Shown here one piece after another: positions 10,319 to 22,018 of a stretch of DNA of 64,000 nucleotides. The notes below the pieces were generated by a model. It had not been told where the DNA came from and made no database searches. It worked only from the letters and a program-made list of their open reading frames with translations. The stretch comes from an uncultured cyanobacterium. GTDB taxonomy: Bacteria; Cyanobacteriota; Cyanobacteriia; Leptolyngbyales; Leptolyngbyaceae. The translations under genes were made by a program, and so were the position numbers. Position 1 is the stretch's first letter; every line of letters begins with the position of its first letter. The stretch covers positions 1-64,000 of the forward strand of contig CAVYAN010000051.1 of assembly GCA_963766075.1 (NCBI GenBank). Direction: 5' to 3'.

Positions 10319-11440
10319 ATGAGTGCTTCCTCCCCACAATCGGGCTACACGTTACCCGTTTTTGCCTGTGCCGGAGCGATCGCCGCCCTCCACACCCTAC
10401 GCCACACCCCGCCGCTCTCCCAGGTGACCCTGGATCTGCTAGAACCAGCCCAAACCGTAGAAATTCCGATTGAGCAGGTAGCCCTGCTGTCGTCCCATGC
10501 AGCCCTAGGCATTACACGCAGCGATCCCGGCGACAACCTCGATCTCACCCGCCACACGCCTCTCTGGTCTCTGGTCGAGTGGGCATCGGACCAAGTCGAA
10601 CCCATTGTTTTGATCGGGGGCGAAGGTGTGGGCAAACATCAAACGGATCAGTCGCCTGCAATCTATAGCTATGCCAGACGGCTGCTGGTGGAAAACCTAG
10701 GGCGACTTCTGGCTCCGGGCGAAAAAATTCGCATTACTTTGATTCTGCCTGCAGGCCGTGCCTTGGCCCTGCGCACTTCTAACGCCGCCTTTGGGGTTGT
10801 GGAAGGACTCTCACTCCTCGGCACCAGTGGCATTTCCCACCCCCTCAGCGCGCCGGGTCAGTTGGAGGCCTTTCGAGCAGACCTGCGCCAAAAACGCGAT
10901 CGCCCGCTGGCTTTCTGCATTGGGGAAAACGGGTTGAACTTGATCCAAACGCTGGGGGTCGATGCCTCCCATCTGGTGAAGACAGCCAACTGGCTAGGAC
11001 CCATGCTGGTAGAAGCCGGGATGCAGAATGTTCCTGCGATTCTTCTCTTTGGCTACCATGGAAAACTGATCAAACTAGCAGGTGGGATTTTCCACAGCCA
11101 CCACCATGTGGCCGATGGACGAGCCGAAATTTTAACGGCGCATTGCGCCAATCTGGGCTTACCCACCGCCGATTTGCAAGCTATTTTCGCCTGTCCGACG
11201 ACAGAGGATGGACTGCATTATCTCCGGCAGTTAGATACCGCAACTGGCAGCCATTGGGTGGATCAGGTTTACGGGGCGATCGCCCAAACCATCGATCGCC
11301 GCGCCCAAGAATATATCCAAATCCATAGCGAAGCCTCTGTCTCGGTCGGCACGGTTTTATTTGATCGAAACCGAAAAATAATTGTCCAGAGTGCGATCGG
11401 TGCTAAACTTCTGGATCAACTGACCGCAGTGAAGGGGTAG
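10319..11440 (+). CDS. cbiD: Cobalt-precorrin-5B C1-methyltransferase
   Basis: SGYTLPVFACAGA, TSNAAFGVVEGLSLLGTSG, GYHGKLIKLAGGIF. Confidence 0.92.
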   Translation: MSASSPQSGYTLPVFACAGAIAALHTLRHTPPLSQVTLDLLEPAQTVEIPIEQVALLSSHAALGITRSDPGDNLDLTRHTPLWSLVEWASDQVEPIVLIGGEGVGKHQTDQSPAIYSYARRLLVENLGRLLAPGEKIRITLILPAGRALALRTSNAAFGVVEGLSLLGTSGISHPLSAPGQLEAFRADLRQKRDRPLAFCIGENGLNLIQTLGVDASHLVKTANWLGPMLVEAGMQNVPAILLFGYHGKLIKLAGGIFHSHHHVADGRAEILTAHCANLGLPTADLQAIFACPTTEDGLHYLRQLDTATGSHWVDQVYGAIAQTIDRRAQEYIQIHSEASVSVGTVLFDRNRKIIVQSAIGAKLLDQLTAVKG

Positions 11441-11603
11441 CCCAAAAATTCCCCCGCCTAGCTTGAGAAACACCCGCGCGTCTCGCTAAAATAACCGAAC
11501 TTAAAAATTCCAATTCTCGTTCCGCCTAATTCTTCATTTCCGGGTCCGAGGTATTTCATAAGCCGCTATCGTTTCCCCTGCCAATATCTTCCAGGATTTC
11601 CCG

Positions 11604-13214
11604 GTGACTTCTTTACAAACCCCTTCCCCCACCGCGACCGCGGCTCTCGACAAGCTGGGTCGCCAGATAATTGTCATTCTTGACTTCGGGTCCCAGTACT
11701 CCGAGCTGATTGCTCGGCGTATTCGGGAAACCCAGGTGTATTCGGAGGTGCTATCCTACCGCACCTCCGTCGAGCAGTTACGGGCCCTCAATCCCAAGGG
11801 AATTATTCTGTCCGGTGGCCCCAACTCTGTCTACGACGAGTTTGCCCCTCAATGTGACCCGGAAATTTGGCAATTGGGCATTCCCGTGTTGGGGGTGTGC
11901 TATGGAATGCAACTGATGGTGCAACAGTTGGGCGGCAGTGTCGTCAAGGCCAAACGCGGCGAATATGGCAAAGCATCGCTCCACATTGACGATCCTACGG
12001 ACCTGCTCACCAATGTCGAAACCGGCACCACGATGTGGATGAGCCATGGGGATTCCGTAGTCGAACTGCCCGCCGGGTTCGACATCCTGGCCCATACGGA
12101 GAATACGCCCTGCGCCTCCATTGCCGACCACGATCGCCAGCTCTACGGCGTCCAGTTTCACCCGGAGGTCGTCCATTCCATTGGCGGTTTGGCGATGATT
12201 CGCAATTTTGTGTATCACATTTGTGAATGTGAACCCACTTGGACCACAGAGGCTTTTGTTGAAGAGGCCGTTCGGGACATTCGCGCCCAGGTGGGTGAGA
12301 AGCGGGTGCTGTTAGCCCTGTCCGGTGGCGTTGATTCTTCTACGCTGGCCTTTTTGCTGCACCGGGCAATTGGCGACCAGTTGACCTGCATGTTTATCGA
12401 CCAGGGATTCATGCGCAAACTGGAGCCTGAACGTTTGGTGAAGCTGTTTCATGAGCAGTTCCATATTCCCGTGGAGTACGTACAGGCCCGCGATCGCTTC
12501 CTGGCAGTTGTCGCCGGTGTCACCGACCCGGAGGAAAAGCGAAAACGCATCGGCCACGAATTCATTCGGGTCTTTGAAACCGAATCCCAGCGCCTCGGCC
12601 CCTTCGACTATCTGGCCCAGGGCACCCTCTATCCCGATGTGATCGAATCCGCTGATACGAATGTGGATCCCAAGACGGGCGATCGCGTTGCTGTCAAAAT
12701 CAAAAGTCACCACAATGTCGGCGGCTTGCCCAAGGATCTGCAATTCAAACTGGTAGAACCTCTGCGCAAATTGTTCAAGGATGAAGTCCGTAAGGTGGGC
12801 CGCTCCATTGGCCTCCCGGAGGAAATTGTCCAGCGCCATCCCTTCCCCGGCCCCGGCTTAGCCATTCGGATTCTCGGCGAAGTCACCGAAGACCGCCTCG
12901 ACATTCTGCGGGATGCCGACTTGATTGTCCGGCAAGAAATTAACCGCAGTGGCGTCTACCATGACCTGTGGCAAGCCTTTGCCGTGTTGCTGCCGATTCG
13001 CAGCGTCGGGGTCATGGGCGACCAACGCACCTATGCCTATCCCATTGTGCTGCGGTTTGTTTCCAGCGAAGACGGCATGACCGCCGACTGGTCCCGAGTG
13101 CCCTACGATCTTCTGGAAACGATTTCTAACCGGATCGTCAACGAGGTGCGCGGGGTGAACCGGGTCGTGTATGATATTACTTCCAAACCGCCGGGGACGA
13201 TTGAGTGGGAATAA
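11604..13214 (+). CDS. guaA: GMP synthase (glutamine-hydrolysing)
   Basis: [44 protein letters not shown]. Confidence 0.98.
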   Translation: MTSLQTPSPTATAALDKLGRQIIVILDFGSQYSELIARRIRETQVYSEVLSYRTSVEQLRALNPKGIILSGGPNSVYDEFAPQCDPEIWQLGIPVLGVCYGMQLMVQQLGGSVVKAKRGEYGKASLHIDDPTDLLTNVETGTTMWMSHGDSVVELPAGFDILAHTENTPCASIADHDRQLYGVQFHPEVVHSIGGLAMIRNFVYHICECEPTWTTEAFVEEAVRDIRAQVGEKRVLLALSGGVDSSTLAFLLHRAIGDQLTCMFIDQGFMRKLEPERLVKLFHEQFHIPVEYVQARDRFLAVVAGVTDPEEKRKRIGHEFIRVFETESQRLGPFDYLAQGTLYPDVIESADTNVDPKTGDRVAVKIKSHHNVGGLPKDLQFKLVEPLRKLFKDEVRKVGRSIGLPEEIVQRHPFPGPGLAIRILGEVTEDRLDILRDADLIVRQEINRSGVYHDLWQAFAVLLPIRSVGVMGDQRTYAYPIVLRFVSSEDGMTADWSRVPYDLLETISNRIVNEVRGVNRVVYDITSKPPGTIEWE

Positions 13215-13547
13215 GTCAGTGGGTCTAGGCGGAAAGGTAAATCCGTACTCCTGCGGAAGTTATCGGGGATTTTAGCTTGGATCGGCAATTTTACGGATGC
13301 TCTCTTCCGCATTTTCCCCGATGATATAACAACTAAAAAACGGCTATTGAGCCGCTGGAAATCCTCCATTCAATCTCAGTCTTTGGGGGCCGAAAGGTAT
13401 CTCCATGTACAATCAACGTCGATATCAAGAGGCGTCGATTATGCCGCGATCTCAGTGCGCGATCTCAGTGAATTTTTAGCATTCAGCTCCTTCATGCCGT
13501 TGAGCCAGACCGCGTAACAAACCCTGGATCCCATCAGATTTTTGCCC

Positions 13548-13967
13548 TGTGGAAAACTCTCTCCAGGCTGTGGAAAATCACATGTGGAAAAGTCTGGGGA
13601 AAACTTTCCGGATTTGGGGATAAGTTTGTGGAAAACCTAAGACTGTGCTCACTTTTGAGGGATGCTGGCAGTGCCAGTGAACTTAAGGGAGATCGCCTGC
13701 CCCAGCCTAGAGGCGACACAAGAGCGAAGGCCCAAAGCCTTAAATCCCTGGCCTAGCAGTCTTTTCCGGCATTCCCTGATGCTTCTCTAGCCTGAGCATT
13801 TTTGTCCCGTTATGCCATCAACACGGCCGATGCCCATGCAATTTTGTCCGATCTGACTTTTCCACAGATCAGGGACGGTTTCGTGGGAAATCACTCTATT
13901 TTGAGGTTTAGCGGGGCGGAGTCGCACGCGGGTGGGACGTCGGTTACCTGTGGAAAACTTGGGAAAA
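13548..13967. promoter_or_regulatory. DnaA-box cluster, candidate oriC
   Basis: Perfect TGTGGAAAA/TTTTCCACA at 13548, 13569, 13583, 13627, 13858 and 13949; degenerate boxes at 13595, 13615 and 13959; all in an ~850-bp intergenic region. Confidence 0.75.
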
Positions 13968-14065
13968 TCAGCCCATGGGGATGCTATGAATCAGCCACAA
14001 GGCTTGCTGTGAAGGCGCAGTATCCGGTAGATTGATAGGCCCTTGGTGTTTTTTTCGCCTTTGCC

Positions 14066-15058
14066 ATGTCCCCTCCTGCCCCGATATCCCCCACTGTTTG
14101 TACCGCTGTTCGTGTCAAGGTGCCCGCCACTACCGCCAATATTGGTCCGGGTTTCGACTGTTTGGGGGCAGCCCTCACGCTGTACAACACCTTTCACTTT
14201 TCCATACCAGAAACAGACCCGTTACCAGAGACAGGCCCGTTAGAGGATGGCGTGCCAGCTTCTAGCCCACTCGAAATTCGGGTCATAGGGACAGAGCGCG
14301 ATCGCGTCAGCACCGATGCCAACAACCTGGTCTACCAATCCTTTCTCAAACTATTTGCCCAGTTGGGGCAGGCCCCGCCACCGGTGCGCATTGACATTGA
14401 CATGGGCGTGCCTTTGGCCCGGGGACTGGGCAGTTCCGCCACCGCCATTGTGGGGGGACTGATGGGAGCCAATCTGCTGGCAGGGTCGCCCCTGGGGTTG
14501 GACGCGGTGATGGCCTTGGCGATCGCCCTGGAAGGGCATCCCGATAACGTTGTCCCAGCGTTGATTGGGGGCTGTCGCCTTGCCGCTACAGGCCGCAGTG
14601 CCGACTGGCAAATCTGCGATGTTCCCTGGCATTCGGATATTATTCCCGTGGTCGCTATTCCTAATTTTGAGCTGTCTACCCAAGCGGCCCGCAGCGTGCT
14701 GCCCCCACATTACAGCCGTGCCGATACTATTTTTAACGCAGCCCACCTGGGCCTGTTGCTGCGCAGCCTAGAAACCGGCAACGTCGATTGGCTGCAAGCA
14801 GCCCTCCAGGACAAAATTCACCAACCCTACCGGCAGTCCTTGATTCCCGGCTATGCCGCAGTGCAGGCCGGAGCGATCGCCGCTGGAGCCCATGGCCTGG
14901 TCATTAGCGGTGCTGGCCCCACCCTACTGGCCCTCGCCACTCCGGCCCAGGCCCCCGCCATAGCCACGGCAATGCAATCCATTTGGGCAGAGCATGGCAC
15001 AACCGCACAGGTTCATGCGTTAGCGATCGACACCCAGGGTGCTACTCAGGTTCCATAA
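14066..15058 (+). CDS. thrB: Homoserine kinase
   Basis: [40 protein letters not shown]. Confidence 0.95.
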   Translation: MSPPAPISPTVCTAVRVKVPATTANIGPGFDCLGAALTLYNTFHFSIPETDPLPETGPLEDGVPASSPLEIRVIGTERDRVSTDANNLVYQSFLKLFAQLGQAPPPVRIDIDMGVPLARGLGSSATAIVGGLMGANLLAGSPLGLDAVMALAIALEGHPDNVVPALIGGCRLAATGRSADWQICDVPWHSDIIPVVAIPNFELSTQAARSVLPPHYSRADTIFNAAHLGLLLRSLETGNVDWLQAALQDKIHQPYRQSLIPGYAAVQAGAIAAGAHGLVISGAGPTLLALATPAQAPAIATAMQSIWAEHGTTAQVHALAIDTQGATQVP

Positions 15059-18000
15059 CGCCTTTAGTGAGGTTTTCAGTAATACCTTCAGTAGCACCTT
15101 CAGCAACGCCGCGTCCAAACCCCCCACCGCCGGGAGTTTCGATGACGAAGACATCTCCGGACTGCATTTGCACTTCCGCATTGCCCCCCAGATTCTCCAC
15201 GAGCCCCTCTCGGCGCACTACTGCGTTGTGCCCGATTGCCCCCGGTTCGCCTCCAGCTAAGCCAAAGGGCGCAACAATCCGATGCCCGGACAAAATCGCC
15301 GCTGTCATCGCCTCCCGGAAGCGGATACGGCGAATCACGCCATTGCCCCCGCTGTAATGACCGCTGCCACCACTGCCGGGGCGCAGCGCAAACTGTTCCA
15401 CCAAAATGGGAAAGCGCCATTCCAATACCTCAGGGTCCGTAAGGCGGGAGTTGGTCATATGGGTTTGGACGGCATCGGTGCCCGCGAATGTAGACCCCGC
15501 CCCGGAACCCCCACAAATGGTTTCATAGTACTGATACTGGGCATTACCAAAGGTAAAACTATTCATCGTCCCTTGCGCTGCTGCCATTATCCCCAGCGCA
15601 CCATAGAGGGCATTGGCGATCGCCTGGGAGGTTTCCACATTCCCGGCAACGACGGCAGCAGGATAGTGGGGATGTAGCATACAGCCCTCCGGCACAATGA
15701 TTTCTAACGGTTTAAGGCAGCCCGCATTCAAGGGAATATCATCATCCACCAGGGAGCGAAACACGTAGAGCACAACCGCCTTACAAATGGACAGGGGGGC
15801 GTTCAGATTGGTGGGCTGCTGGGCCGAGGTCCCAGTAAAGTCAATCCGAGCCGTGCGATCGCCCCGATCAATCGAAATCGTCACTTGAATCCGGCTGCCA
15901 TTGTCCATGGGGTAAGTAAATTGACCTGCTTGCAACACCGAAATTGCGCGGCGCACGCATTCCTCGGCGTTTTCCTGCACATACTGCATGTAGGTTTGCA
16001 CCGTTTCCAGTCCGTAATGCTGCACCATGCGGCGCAACTCTTGGATGCCCCGCTCATTGGCGGCAATTTGGGCCCGTAAATCCGCCAGATTTTGGGCTGG
16101 ATGTCGCACGGGATAGCGCCCAGTCGTGAGGATTTGCAGCAGGGCGGCGTCTTGAAATTGGCCCTGCTTCACTAACTGGAAATTGTCTAGCAACACCCCT
16201 TCTTGTTCCACTGACGTGCTGTAGGGCGGCATCGAACCGGGGGTGATGCCGCCAATGTCGGCGTGGTGACCGCGAGAAGCTAAGTAGAAAACTGGGGCCG
16301 CCTCAGCGAGATTCTGGGCTGGGGCAGGGCATCAGAGAGCGTCGTCGCAAAAACGGGCGTGATGACGGTGATGTCAGGGAGGTGGGTGCCGCCATTGTAG
16401 GGATTATTGGACACGTAAACATCGCCTGGTTTCAGGCTGTCGCCCTTGGCCTGGATTAAACTGCCAACACTCTCGCTCATGGAACCCAGATGCACAGGAA
16501 TGTGGGGAGCATTGGCCACCAGTTGCCCGGAGGCGTCAAACACTGCACAGGAAAAGTCGAGCCGTTCTTTGATGTTGACGGAGTGGCTGGTATTTTGCAG
16601 AGTAATGCCCATTTCTTCGGCGATCGCCCGCACTAAGTTGTTGAAAATCTCCAACAAAACCGGGTCGGCAGAGGGGCGCTCATCGGTAACAGCAGCAGTC
16701 ATGGCAAGCGGCAGCGCGGTGGCGGGTTCTGCTTGGCACAGGAGCAAGGCATTGCCAGCCGTTAACGTCGCCAACCAGCCCGGTTCGATCACGTTGGTAC
16801 CCGTCGGTTCAATAATCAGAGCAGGCCCCGAAATGCGATCGCCGGGGTAGAGGGTTTCCCGCTGATAGACTGGCGTCGGGTACCAGTGGCCTTTGGTGTA
16901 GATCGTGACGGTCGCGGTGGGCACCAACGGCAGGGTGCGGGTGGCAACTCGCTGAGGTTCGGGCGGCACGGGATTATGGCCGATCGCTTCTACAGAAACA
17001 GCCTCTACGATCAGGGGCTTATCGGGAAACAGGAAACCATAGCGCTGCTGGTAAGCCTGTTCAAACTGGGTGCGCATCCCATCCAAAGCACCAAACTCCA
17101 CCAACAGTGCAGAATCCGTGCCCTGGTAGCGCAGATGGACCCTACGGAGGATCTGGACCTGATGCGAATCGACCCCCTGCGCTAGAATTTCTGCCCGAGC
17201 GGCCTCGGCGAGGCGATCAAGATGCTCTCCAACCGTAGAGAGGGCGATTGCGGTTAATTCCAACTCGATCGCGGTTTCTTTGAGCGATCGCACATCGGCT
17301 AACCCCATACCATAGGCAGACAGGACCCCTGCATAGGGGTGTAGAAAAATCTGGGTCACGCCCAAGGCTTCGGCAATCAAACAGGCGTGTTGCCCCCCCG
17401 CACCACCAAAGCAGCAGAGCGTATAGTCCGAGACATCGTAGCCCCGTTGAATGGAAATCTTTTTAATGGCACTGGCCATTTTGTCGATGGCGATCGCCAG
17501 AAACCCGGCAGCAATCTCTTCAGGGCCGCGATCGTCCCCATGGCATTGGCGAATCTCGGCGGCCAGAGCGGCAAATTTTTGATCTACTACGGTGGTATCT
17601 AGGGGCAAATTGCCATCCGGGCCAAATACCGCTGGAAAGAAGTCGGACTGGAGCTTGCCCACCCTAACATTGCAGTCGGTGACAGTTAATGGCCCACCCC
17701 GTCTGTAGCAGGCGGGTCCCGGATCGGCTCCAGCAGACTGAGGCCCAACGCGGTACCGAAAGCCATCGAAGGTCAGCAGCGAACCGCCCCCCGCCGCCAC
17801 CGTGTGGATAGACAGCATGGGAGCCCGCAACCGCACCCCCGCAACCTCGGTTTCAAAAGTCCGCTCATAGTCACCATTAAAGTGGGAAACATCCGTAGAG
17901 GTACCCCCCATATCAAAACCAATGATCTGGGTAAATCCAGCCAGGGCACTGGTTTTAACAGCACCGACAATTCCCCCCGCTGGCCCCGACAAAATGCTGT

Positions 18001-18790
18001 CTTTGCCCTGAAACCGATGGGCATCGGTGAGGCCACCATTGGACTGCATAAACATGAGCGAGGGAGGCGTCGCGCCATCGGCTAACTGGTCAGCCACCCG
18101 ATCCACATACCGCCGCAAAATTGGCGACAGGTACGCGTCTACCACCGTAGTGTCGCCGCGACTGATGAGTTTCATCAGGGGACTGACGGCGTGGGATACC
18201 GAAATCTGTGTAAAGCCAATGTCGCGGGCGATCGCCGCCACCTGCTGCTCATGATCGGGATAGCGGTAGCCATGAAGAAAGGCGATCGCACAGGCCCGAA
18301 TGCCCACCGCATAGGCCGACTGCAATTTTTCTAGAAGTGCATCATCTACCTGCACTGGCAGTAATTCTTCACCCTCGGCGGTGTAGCGTTCTGCCACTTC
18401 AATCACCCGCTCATAAAGCATTTCCGGCAAAACAATCTGCCGCGCAAAGATGTTGGGACGGTTTTGGTAGCCAATCCGCAACGCATCGCCAAACCCTTGG
18501 GTAATGAGGAGTAAGGTGCGATCGCCCTGCCGCTCCAACAAGGCATTCGTGGCCACCGTCGTACCCATTTTCACCACGGCAATTTGCCCTGCCGGAATGG
18601 GCGCATCTGCCGCAATCCCCAGTAAATCCCGGATTCCCTGAAGAGCGGCATCAGTATAGCGACCTGGGTTTTCGGAGAGGAGTTTGTGAACCACGATCTC
18701 TCCCGTGGGCCGTTGGGCCACGATATCGGTAAATGTCCCGCCCCGATCAATCCAAAATTGCCAACGGTCCATGCCCTGATCGTTCACCAT
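15042..18790 (-). CDS. 5-oxoprolinase (fused hydantoinase A/B type), interrupted by one frameshift at ~16320
   Basis: [33 protein letters not shown]. The other frame continues [24 protein letters not shown] into ORF 15042-16232, which ends TPGGGGFG. Confidence 0.9.
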
Positions 18791-18943
18791 CGGTTGAGTT
18801 CTCCCTAGATTGCAACCCTATCCATCGTCCTATACCCGAGACTCCGATAAATATGCACAAAATAGGTAGGTCGGTAGGCATAATTAATCTTGCATACGCA
18901 AGCTCTCCGAGATCTTGCTCTGTTAAGGGCCACACCGTTGAAC

Positions 18944-20164
18944 ATGCCAGACTCCTCCATAATGAGTCACCTCATTGCGCAAACCATCGCCGCGACGGCG
19001 CAAAACCGCATCACCTTTGCGGAGTTCATGGACCTGGCGCTGTACCATCCGCAGCATGGCTACTACGCCAATCGTGCCCTGCAAATTGGTGTCCAGGGGG
19101 ATTTTTTTACCGCCCCCCACCTCGGACCAGACTTCGGCGAATTGCTGGCGGAGCAATTTGTCCAGATGTGGGAAATGATGCAGCGCCCCCAGCCCTTTAC
19201 CTTAGTCGAAATGGGAGCAGGACAAGGATTGTTAGCTGCCGATGTATTGGGCTACCTGCATCGCCATTTCCCCGAGTTTTGTCAAAGCTTACAATACGTG
19301 ATTGTCGAGCGCGCCGTGCCGCTGATTGCGGCACAGCGGCAGCAATTACAGCCGCTGTTAGCCACTGGCCTCAGTATTCGCTGGCAGTCCCTTGCCGAAA
19401 TTCCCTTGGACTCCATTGTGGGCTGCTGTTTTTCTAATGAGCTGGTGGATGCCTTACCCGTACATCAGGTGGTGGTTCAAACGGGGGAACTCAAGGAAAT
19501 TTACGTTACCACCCATGCGGACGTAGGGGCTGGGAACAATGCGACGAACAATGCGATTCAATTTGTCGAAGTGGTGGATCAGCCGTCTCGGCATGACTTA
19601 ACGGACTATTTCAAACGGATCAATATCGACTTCCGATCGCCCGCCTATCCTCAGCCGTATCGCACAGAGGTCAACTTAGCCGCCCTGGACTGGCTCCGCC
19701 AAGTGGCCGATCGCCTGCACCAGGGCTTTGTCCTAACCATTGATTATGGCTACACCAGCGATCGCTACTACAGCCCCACCCGCAGCCAGGGCACCCTTCA
19801 GTGCTACTATCACCACGGCCACCACAGCAATCCCTATATCCACATTGGCGAACAAGACATCACCGCCCACGTGGACTTCACCGCCCTGCAACAATGGGGC
19901 AAAGCCCACCATCTCACCGCCCTAGGCTTTACCCAACAAGGATTATTTCTGTTGGCATTGGGATTGGGCGATCGCATTGCCGCACTCAGCAACAGTCTTG
20001 CCGTCACCCCCCAAGCCATTCACACCACACTCCGCCATCGCGAAGCCCTGCATCAACTGGTCAACCCCCTCGGGTTAGGAAACTTTGGCGTCTTGATCCA
20101 GTACAAAGGCTTCCCGGCCCCCCCAACACTCAAAGGATTACAAGGCTTGGATCCTGGATTCTAG
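18944..20164 (+). CDS. SAM-dependent methyltransferase, MidA/NDUFAF7 family
   Basis: ITFAEFMDLALY..GYY, GDFFTAP, EMGAGQG, SNELVDALP, IDYGY, DITAHVDF. Confidence 0.9.
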   Translation: MPDSSIMSHLIAQTIAATAQNRITFAEFMDLALYHPQHGYYANRALQIGVQGDFFTAPHLGPDFGELLAEQFVQMWEMMQRPQPFTLVEMGAGQGLLAADVLGYLHRHFPEFCQSLQYVIVERAVPLIAAQRQQLQPLLATGLSIRWQSLAEIPLDSIVGCCFSNELVDALPVHQVVVQTGELKEIYVTTHADVGAGNNATNNAIQFVEVVDQPSRHDLTDYFKRINIDFRSPAYPQPYRTEVNLAALDWLRQVADRLHQGFVLTIDYGYTSDRYYSPTRSQGTLQCYYHHGHHSNPYIHIGEQDITAHVDFTALQQWGKAHHLTALGFTQQGLFLLALGLGDRIAALSNSLAVTPQAIHTTLRHREALHQLVNPLGLGNFGVLIQYKGFPAPPTLKGLQGLDPGF

Positions 20165-20220
20165 ATTTGGGATTGAATCCGCTATCTAGAATCCAAAAAT
20201 CCAAAAATCTAACATCCAAA
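20155..20220. repeat. Hairpin plus short ATCCAAAA-type repeats between convergent genes
   Basis: TGGATTCTAGAT...ATCTAGAATCCA inverted repeat followed by degenerate 8-mers. Confidence 0.55.
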
Positions 20221-20226
20221 ACCGGC

Positions 20227-21570
20227 TTACTTACTGAGGTTCGCGGTCTGCTGAGTCAAAACATCCAGCCGCACCGGTGCCACACCACTTTGGATCAGCC
20301 CCAGAACACGAGCCGCTCCCATGGACAGGTCAAGAACGCGATCAGCCGCAAAGGGCCCTCGATCATTAATGCGCACGACGACAGATGTCCCGTTGTCCAT
20401 ATTCGTCACCCGCACCCGCGTGCCAAAGGGCAAGGTCCGGTGAGCCGCCGTGAGATCGTGTTGGTTAAAGATCTCACCACTAGCACTCATATTGCCATTG
20501 AACCCAGGACCGTACCAAGAGGCCCAACCACTGATTGAGCGCTCGATCGCACCCGCATTCGGATCGAACCAAGAACCGCCCGAATTAGTGATCGCCGACA
20601 AAGGCTGGGCATTCCCCAACAGGCGGCGCAATCGGTTAGTGGCTTGCAAGGCATCCTGCTGCTCATCCTGGGTGGAATCAGGCAGCCGAGTGTCAGCATC
20701 CATCAAGGCCAGAGTTGTATCGCCCACTTTAATCGTGTAGCGATCGCCCACTGAACCTGCCCCATCTAGACTGACGGTAATCTGATTACCGTCAATCCCC
20801 TGGCGATTCAGCTCATTCAACTTAGCGGCAATCTCACTAGCGCGCCAAACCGGATCATTTGACACCGAGGAAGCCTGTGCACTGCCTAAGGCAGTCCGGC
20901 GAAGTCCATTGGGCTGGGGAGAAAACTTGAGATCCTCAAACAACGTTACTCCAGGAGAGCCCATGCTACTCAACGACTTGGTGGAGACTGGAACGTTCTT
21001 GATAGGGAAGGTTTCCGCTTGTTCTCCAAGCTTTGCGGGTTCTGGAGAATCTGAAGTCGGCGCACCGATGAAGGTCAAAACTGGAATATTTCTAACGTAG
21101 AGAGTGGCTGCTCTCCGTCCCGACAAAACATGGGGATGGACTTTAGCAATAACAGCAATACTCCCCGGCGGGGTAAGACTCTGGAGCGGTTCACCAGAAT
21201 TAGGCGACTGCTCACCCATCTTGACCACCTCACCCTTCGTAATATCGCCCTTGGCCAGACTGGCCTTGGCCGTATCGGAACCTACAGAGAGCGAACTGGC
21301 CGGAGGTGACTTAGCCAATTCGGTGGCTAACGGGGAAGAGCCAGATGGGGCGGAGCTAGAGTTGGACAGTCCCGCCTGCGCCGGACTCGAACTGGATGCA
21401 TCGCCAGAAGACTGACTTCTAACAAACGGGGAACCAAGGGTGCGAGTCAGGGAACTCGCGGAGCGTATCTGGGGAATCTCGTCGGCAGACTCGCTATGAC
21501 CCGGAAGTGGGTTGGCGATCGTTGCCAGAAAAAGGGCTGCGGCAGTGCCGCTCAAAATATTTTGACGCAT
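20227..21570 (-). CDS. rlpA: Septal ring lytic transglycosylase RlpA family
   Basis: C-terminal GWASWYGPGF...TAAHRTLPFGTRVRVTN...RINDRGPF..RVLDLS; signal peptide and Ser-rich linker. Confidence 0.9.
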   Translation of the reverse strand: MRQNILSGTAAALFLATIANPLPGHSESADEIPQIRSASSLTRTLGSPFVRSQSSGDASSSSPAQAGLSNSSSAPSGSSPLATELAKSPPASSLSVGSDTAKASLAKGDITKGEVVKMGEQSPNSGEPLQSLTPPGSIAVIAKVHPHVLSGRRAATLYVRNIPVLTFIGAPTSDSPEPAKLGEQAETFPIKNVPVSTKSLSSMGSPGVTLFEDLKFSPQPNGLRRTALGSAQASSVSNDPVWRASEIAAKLNELNRQGIDGNQITVSLDGAGSVGDRYTIKVGDTTLALMDADTRLPDSTQDEQQDALQATNRLRRLLGNAQPLSAITNSGGSWFDPNAGAIERSISGWASWYGPGFNGNMSASGEIFNQHDLTAAHRTLPFGTRVRVTNMDNGTSVVVRINDRGPFAADRVLDLSMGAARVLGLIQSGVAPVRLDVLTQQTANLSK

Positions 21571-21934
21571 ATACTCCTACTTACTACATTGGGAGACGAG
21601 CCATAAATCCTGGCCCAAGCCAAGAACCAGCCGAAAATTGCTGTCAACTCGTAGTCGTTCCGTGTTTTCTCCTAACCGTTAAGAACTGCAACAGACTAGC
21701 ACGAAGATTTTGCCCAGGGAATCAGGGATCATCGCCTCGACGGTGATCTTTATTTCGGGTTCATAATCAAAAAATCCCTGGAAGCCCGTTTCCGTAAAGC
21801 ATTCGTTAAATTTTGCCATTTCGGATACTTCATGAAAACTTCATGAAAACTTTACGGAACCAGAGAACTTTGATCCTGCTTCTAGCGTCCGGTTAGAGTT
21901 ATGTCCCCCATTGGACACACTCACGGGCCCTCCA

Positions 21935-21969
21935 CCAAAATCCAAAATCCAAAATCCAAAATCCAAAAC
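21935..21969 (+). repeat. Heptamer tandem repeat (CCAAAAT) x~5, cyanobacterial STRR-like
   Basis: ccaaaatccaaaatccaaaatccaaaatccaaaac upstream of purM. Confidence 0.85.
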
Positions 21970-22018
21970 CCTGCCCCAATGTCGGTACAATGCATTTTGC
22001 ACTCACTTCACACTCAGC

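Noticed and set aside
13214..14065. Genomic island integrated at the guaA 3' end
   Set aside because: No integrase or att-like direct repeat; the DnaA boxes explain the region better
15042..18790. Separate hydantoinase A and B genes
   Set aside because: The break falls inside the B domain and the conserved [11 protein letters not shown] motif continues in another frame, so this is one frameshifted gene
21911..22018. N-terminal extension of purM ([10 protein letters not shown])
   Set aside because: It is the translation of the heptamer repeat; the real start is MDYRQAG at 22019
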